This document shows positions 59,842 to 64,000 of a stretch of 64,000 nucleotides of DNA, in pieces. The notes beneath the pieces were generated by a model that was not told the DNA's origin, searched no databases, and saw only the letters and a program-made list of their open reading frames with translations. Every line of letters begins with the position of its first letter. Positions within the stretch are counted from its first letter, which is position 1. This DNA comes from Longimicrobiales bacterium (GTDB lineage Bacteria; Gemmatimonadota; Gemmatimonadetes; Longimicrobiales; Gaopeijiaceae), in the NCBI GenBank assembly GCA_965248195.1, contig CBDFIQ010000002.1, positions 2,368,001-2,432,000 of the forward strand. Reading direction: 5' to 3'. The translations under genes and the position numbers were made by a program.

Positions 59842-61989
59842 ATGAAAGGCAGAACCATGTTCGTGATACCTGTTCGCGTGAACGTCACTCACTGGGTCGT
59901 GACCCTTCTGATGGCCGTCACGACGTTGAATCCGTGGACGCCCGAAATCGCCGCGCAGGAACCGCTCGATTCGGTCATTCCCTTGGACTCCATCGTGGTG
60001 AACGTGCTTCGGGGCACCGTCGGATTGGACCGCGCGCCCTACGCAGTATCGGTTTCCAGTGGGCAGGCGCTGCAACTGGGCAACACCGGTTTCTCCCTCG
60101 ACGAGGCCCTTCAGGGGATCCCCGGCCTCCAAATTCAGAACCGGTACAACTATACGGTGGGTGAGCGGATCTCCATCCGTGGTTTCGGGGCCCGATCCCA
60201 GTTCGGCGCGCGCGGAATCAAGATTCTCGTGGACGGCATTCCGGCCACGATGGCCGACGGACAGTCGACCTTGGACCATCTCGACATCGGGTCGCTTGGA
60301 CGCGCCGAAGTCTTGCGCGGACCGGCCGCGGCCATATACGGCAATGGCGGTGGTGGGGTGCTGAGCCTCGAGACGGCGGCACCGCCCGACGTGCCCATAC
60401 GCCAAGAGGCCAAAGCCGTCGTCGGAGAAAACGGGCTCATGCGATTTCAGAGCACGACGTCCGGTACCCAAGGCGGGACGTCGTACCTCGTGAACGTCTC
60501 ACATCTGACGTATGACGGATTCCGAACCGTCGCCGACAGCAGCTTGTTCGTTGGGGAGCGCTCCGACAGCAGCTTGTACGGACTAGCCAGACGCGTGAAC
60601 GTGAACGGCCAGGTGGCTTTGGAAGCCGGTGCGGGACAGCTCCGTATTACGGCCAACTTCTTCGATCTGGCCGGAGAGAGTGCCGGGGGCCTCAACCGGA
60701 CGGCCATGTACGTCGATGAGTCGCTCAACGCGCGCGGTGGCGGATTTGGCAACGTCGCGAGGAACGCGCGGAAGGATCTGCATCAGGGGCAGCTGGGGGC
60801 CACCTGGTCGGGGCCTGTCGGGGCTCTCAACGCCGAATTTACCGGGTGGGGGCTCTTTCGGAGGATGGACAATCCCATCCCACCGCGGATCATCGACCTC
60901 AATAGAAACGCGTTCGGCTTCCGGGGGGTGGTCTCCACCGAGAGCAGTGGCGATCCGGGAGAGGTCACGCTGCGGGCCGGAATCGACCTCGATTTCCAGC
61001 GCGACGACCGGGTGGAACATTTAAACGTCGCGGGTACGCGGGGTACGCTGACCAAGGACCAGTTCGAGACCGTCACCGCGACAGGGCTCTTCCTTCAGGC
61101 AACCGCCACGCTCACGGAGCGTGTTTCGCTCATGGGGGGAGTGCGTTACGACCGATTCGACTTTGAGGTCGATGATCGGTTGCCGGCCGATAACTCCGGT
61201 GATCGGGTTATGGACGAACTGAGCCCCACCGTGGGCCTCGTCGTGGAGGCGAGCCCCACGCTGTCCGTCTTTGGCAACTTCGCCACGTCACTGGCCACTC
61301 CCACGACCACGGAGCTGGCCAACACCCCGTCCGGCGGAACCGGCTTCAACCCCGATCTGAATCCGCAGACCGGTAACACAGGAGAAGTCGGATTCCGAGG
61401 TCAGGCGAGCGGCCGCTTCGCGTTTGAAGCGAGCGCGTTCCTCAGCAAGCTCCAAAACGAACTCGTCCCGTTCGAGACCGCCGCGCAGGACGGCCGCGTC
61501 TTCCACAGGAATTCCGGGGAATCGACGTATCAGGGGCTCGAGGCCTCGGTGCGGGCGGTTCTTCCCCAGGGCGTCTCGGGCCAACTTTCCTACACGCTCG
61601 TGGACGCTAAATTCGACGAGTTCGAGGTAGAAGGCGAGGTCTTCGACGGCAACTTCATTCCCGGGTTGGCAAGGAACCGTCTCGAAGGCCTGCTGCGTGT
61701 GACCCAAGGTCCATGGTACGGCGAGGTTCGCGGCGACCACGTGGGAAAAGTTCGCACCAGGGACGACAATGACCCCGGGACGGACGCGAGACAATACACG
61801 CTTTGGGACATCCGAACCGGTCTCTCCGGGCAGCGTGTAGGCAATGTCGTGCTGGCACCCTTCGTCAGCCTTACAAACGTCTTCGACGAGGTGTACGCAG
61901 CTGCCGTGGCGGTGAACGCCTTTGGAGGTCGGTTCTTCGAGCCGGGCCCGAGGCGCGCGTTTTCCGCGGGGGTGAGCGCGGCGTTCTAG
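59842..61989 (+). CDS. TonB-dependent receptor, YncD/PqqU-like
   Basis: Start ATG 59842 (GAGG RBS); plug motif ISIRGFGAR..FG.RGI.I.VDGIP.TM.DGQ, EVLRGP...YGN..GG; TPT..EL; FEPG..R; terminal Phe. Confidence 0.9.
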   Translation: MKGRTMFVIPVRVNVTHWVVTLLMAVTTLNPWTPEIAAQEPLDSVIPLDSIVVNVLRGTVGLDRAPYAVSVSSGQALQLGNTGFSLDEALQGIPGLQIQNRYNYTVGERISIRGFGARSQFGARGIKILVDGIPATMADGQSTLDHLDIGSLGRAEVLRGPAAAIYGNGGGGVLSLETAAPPDVPIRQEAKAVVGENGLMRFQSTTSGTQGGTSYLVNVSHLTYDGFRTVADSSLFVGERSDSSLYGLARRVNVNGQVALEAGAGQLRITANFFDLAGESAGGLNRTAMYVDESLNARGGGFGNVARNARKDLHQGQLGATWSGPVGALNAEFTGWGLFRRMDNPIPPRIIDLNRNAFGFRGVVSTESSGDPGEVTLRAGIDLDFQRDDRVEHLNVAGTRGTLTKDQFETVTATGLFLQATATLTERVSLMGGVRYDRFDFEVDDRLPADNSGDRVMDELSPTVGLVVEASPTLSVFGNFATSLATPTTTELANTPSGGTGFNPDLNPQTGNTGEVGFRGQASGRFAFEASAFLSKLQNELVPFETAAQDGRVFHRNSGESTYQGLEASVRAVLPQGVSGQLSYTLVDAKFDEFEVEGEVFDGNFIPGLARNRLEGLLRVTQGPWYGEVRGDHVGKVRTRDDNDPGTDARQYTLWDIRTGLSGQRVGNVVLAPFVSLTNVFDEVYAAAVAVNAFGGRFFEPGPRRAFSAGVSAAF

Positions 61990-62025
61990 AGCGGAGCGGC
62001 TCGGCGCTCGCGAGTTCCGAGCGGC

Positions 62026-62062
62026 TGGCGGGTTCGGCGCGGCTGAATCGCCGCAGCGGTTG
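62026..62062. terminator. Hairpin between convergent genes
   Basis: GGCGGGTTCGGC-GCG-GCTGAATCGCC; no U-tract. Confidence 0.35.
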
Positions 62063-62069
62063 GAAAGGA

Positions 62070-63044
62070 TCAGAGAGCGGCCCGGCAAAACGCCGGGTCG
62101 CTCACGACCGCCAAGGCATTCCGCACGGCCCGTTCGCCCTCCTCGTCGGACGGGCGACTCATAATTCGTCCATGGACGACCATCACGGACGAACCGCCCC
62201 CGTCGAGATTGAGCGCCTCCGCCGCATCGGTCGCCGCAAGGGCGCCCGTCATCTCCGCCAGGGTCATCCCCGACGAGTAGGACCCCTGGCGCCCGTCCAC
62301 GACCACGACCCAGAGGCGTCGGGCTTTCGGATCGTAGGCAACGGCCGTTCGGGGATGCCGCAACGACGCGAAGCCTTGATCCGAGCCCGGATTTTCGTTC
62401 ATGAGCGGGTCCCCCTCATCCAACAGTTCCGGGTACCCTCCGATCACCTGGGTCCTGCCGGGCCGGCTCCGGGACACCCGAATGCCCGCGGACAACCCGC
62501 CCACTTCCCGCTGGACCGTCCCGATCCAAGGGTCGCGGCCGGGTGTCCACTCGAGCGCCGGCCGCTGAGAAGACCACAGAACCCTCCCCGCCGCCACCTC
62601 GGGGCCGAGCGGACGCCCCTCCGGCGTAAAGAAGTCCCCGTTGACCGCAGCAAGCACTCCAGCACCGGCGTCTCCGACGAGTTCCGTCACAGTAGCTAGT
62701 CCTGGCTCATACGATTCAATCTCACCTGCAGGCAGCACTCTCAGGCCCAGATCGCATCGCCCCAGGTCCAGGCGCAGGACATGCACCGCCCAGGGACCCT
62801 TTTCCGACCAGACGAAGTGGTAGGAGAGCCCGTCATGAAGGAAGAGGGCACGGATCGAGTCCGCTCCTAAATAGGACAGCAGCTCCTCGGGTAGCGGCTC
62901 AGGGAGGCGGGACGGACGATCGGGAGGCGTGCACGCGAGAACCTGGGTCGCCAACGCACCCACGACCAAGGCGCTGCCCGCCCTCCACGCACACGCGGGA
63001 TCCCTCTCGCGCGTGTGCCACACAAGCTTTTTAAAGAACCCCAT
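62070..63044 (-). CDS. Phosphodiester glycosidase (NAGPA) family lipoprotein
   Basis: AVNGDFF, HPRTAV, VVVDGRQ, ALNLDGGGSS, R.V.NAL; lipobox VLAC. Confidence 0.9.
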   Translation of the reverse strand: MGFFKKLVWHTRERDPACAWRAGSALVVGALATQVLACTPPDRPSRLPEPLPEELLSYLGADSIRALFLHDGLSYHFVWSEKGPWAVHVLRLDLGRCDLGLRVLPAGEIESYEPGLATVTELVGDAGAGVLAAVNGDFFTPEGRPLGPEVAAGRVLWSSQRPALEWTPGRDPWIGTVQREVGGLSAGIRVSRSRPGRTQVIGGYPELLDEGDPLMNENPGSDQGFASLRHPRTAVAYDPKARRLWVVVVDGRQGSYSSGMTLAEMTGALAATDAAEALNLDGGGSSVMVVHGRIMSRPSDEEGERAVRNALAVVSDPAFCRAAL

Positions 63045-63175
63045 TTCCTCGCCTCGATAGAAGGCATGGGTTCACCGCCGAATCGTCGCACGGCGAAGTC
63101 CATGGGATAGCCCCCGTTCCTGGCCCCCGTTCCCAGGATAGCCCCGGTCCCGCGATTCTTCTATACTCGGGCGCC

Positions 63176-63766
63176 ATGACATTCCGACGTGCCGACACCG
63201 GGCCCATGGGCTCCAGCCACCTTGGACGGCACGCGCCGGGACGGAGGCCGACCCGAGCGATGAGGCGTGTGGCCCGGCTCGTCGCGTTATCCTCTTGCCT
63301 GACTGGCCTGATCGTGTCTCCGCTGGCCGCTCAAGCCACCGCCGACGACATGCGACTCCGCGTCGGCGTCACCGCCGGGGGGATCGGGTCGATCGGTGCC
63401 TCCGTCGAGTTTCTGTGGGGGAGTCGGAGCGTCGACGTGAACCTGGCGACCCTCTCCTTCAGCGAGGTGAGCCTGGCCGTCACGGGCAAGCAGTATTTCG
63501 GCGGTGGCGACCTGCGGCCGTTCGTAGGTGTGGGTCTTTGGGGAATCGCCGGATCGACCGGACAGGATGGCGACCAGACAGGCAAGGCGCTGATCCTCCG
63601 CATTCCGGTGGGGGGCGACTGGAACTTCACCGGGCGCCACCACCTGGGCGGGAGTCTGGCGGTGAATGAAGGCCTATGGATCGACCGAGCCGATCCCGAG
63701 GACGACACGCCTGTCAGCCGGCAACCGGTCCCCGTTCCCGGATTTTTCTACCGCTTCGAGCCGTAG
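63176..63766 (+). CDS. Hypothetical secreted protein, likely small outer-membrane beta-barrel
   Basis: Signal peptide ending LAA|Q, alternating amphipathic strands, C-terminal FFYRF; TATACT 8 nt upstream. Confidence 0.6.
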   Translation: MTFRRADTGPMGSSHLGRHAPGRRPTRAMRRVARLVALSSCLTGLIVSPLAAQATADDMRLRVGVTAGGIGSIGASVEFLWGSRSVDVNLATLSFSEVSLAVTGKQYFGGGDLRPFVGVGLWGIAGSTGQDGDQTGKALILRIPVGGDWNFTGRHHLGGSLAVNEGLWIDRADPEDDTPVSRQPVPVPGFFYRFEP

Positions 63767-64000
63767 AGATGCAACGGGCCCCCTACGGAACCTGTCAACG
63801 ACAATGGGACACTCTACGGGATTAATTAGAGAGCAATATCCTGTGTGGTGAGGGAAGGGATGGGAGGATTGATGTAGACGGCCTCCGGGAGCGGTTTGGG
63901 CTTCGGCACACCTGTGACGAAGCGTTCGGGATGAGCGGCCCATGCTTCGCGGAGCACGGATTTCCTGCCGGCAATGACCTGATCGGCGTTCCCGAAGTGG

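Noticed and set aside
63105..63151. Three imperfect GCCCC(C/G)G(T)TCC repeats between divergent genes
   Set aside because: Short, irregularly spaced and low complexity; no supportable function
8..63943. Numerous antisense and overlapping ORFs in the six-frame track
   Set aside because: Shadow ORFs typical of high-GC coding DNA; no motifs
63931..64000. Possible gene start at the window end (MSGPCFAEHG...)
   Set aside because: Too short to support

Overview
GC-rich bacterial chromosome segment; protein style and gene order suggest Gemmatimonadota (inference, not tested). Bases 1-44.5 kb are almost all on the minus strand and are dominated by a type IVa pilus locus: pilB-pilT-pilC, a PilS/PilR-like pair, a GT2 plus two TMTC-like (GT-C/TPR) glycosyltransferases, two tandem pilins, a second sigma-54 two-component pair, four minor pilins, pilMNO(P)Q and a large sigma-54-driven lipoprotein. 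These are followed by aroC-aroK-topA-trmFO and preceded by a 2016-aa SprA-like barrel and comEA. The right part holds lptF/lptG, dapF, a SAM-II-type riboswitch ahead of metH, two further methionine/folate genes, peptidases and a TonB-dependent receptor. The most unusual signal is a non-coding repeat family of 300-390 bp (3 full copies, 2 end remnants). It has co-varying terminal inverted repeats, two oppositely oriented homologous stem-loop arms and a central dyad. One copy sits in codon 3 of a pilW-like gene, and its precise removal restores both the upstream stop codon and the pilin start and leader. Also notable: a eukaryote-like TMTC glycosylation cassette beside the pilins, an in-frame TAG in pilT, and a frameshift in one TMTC gene.
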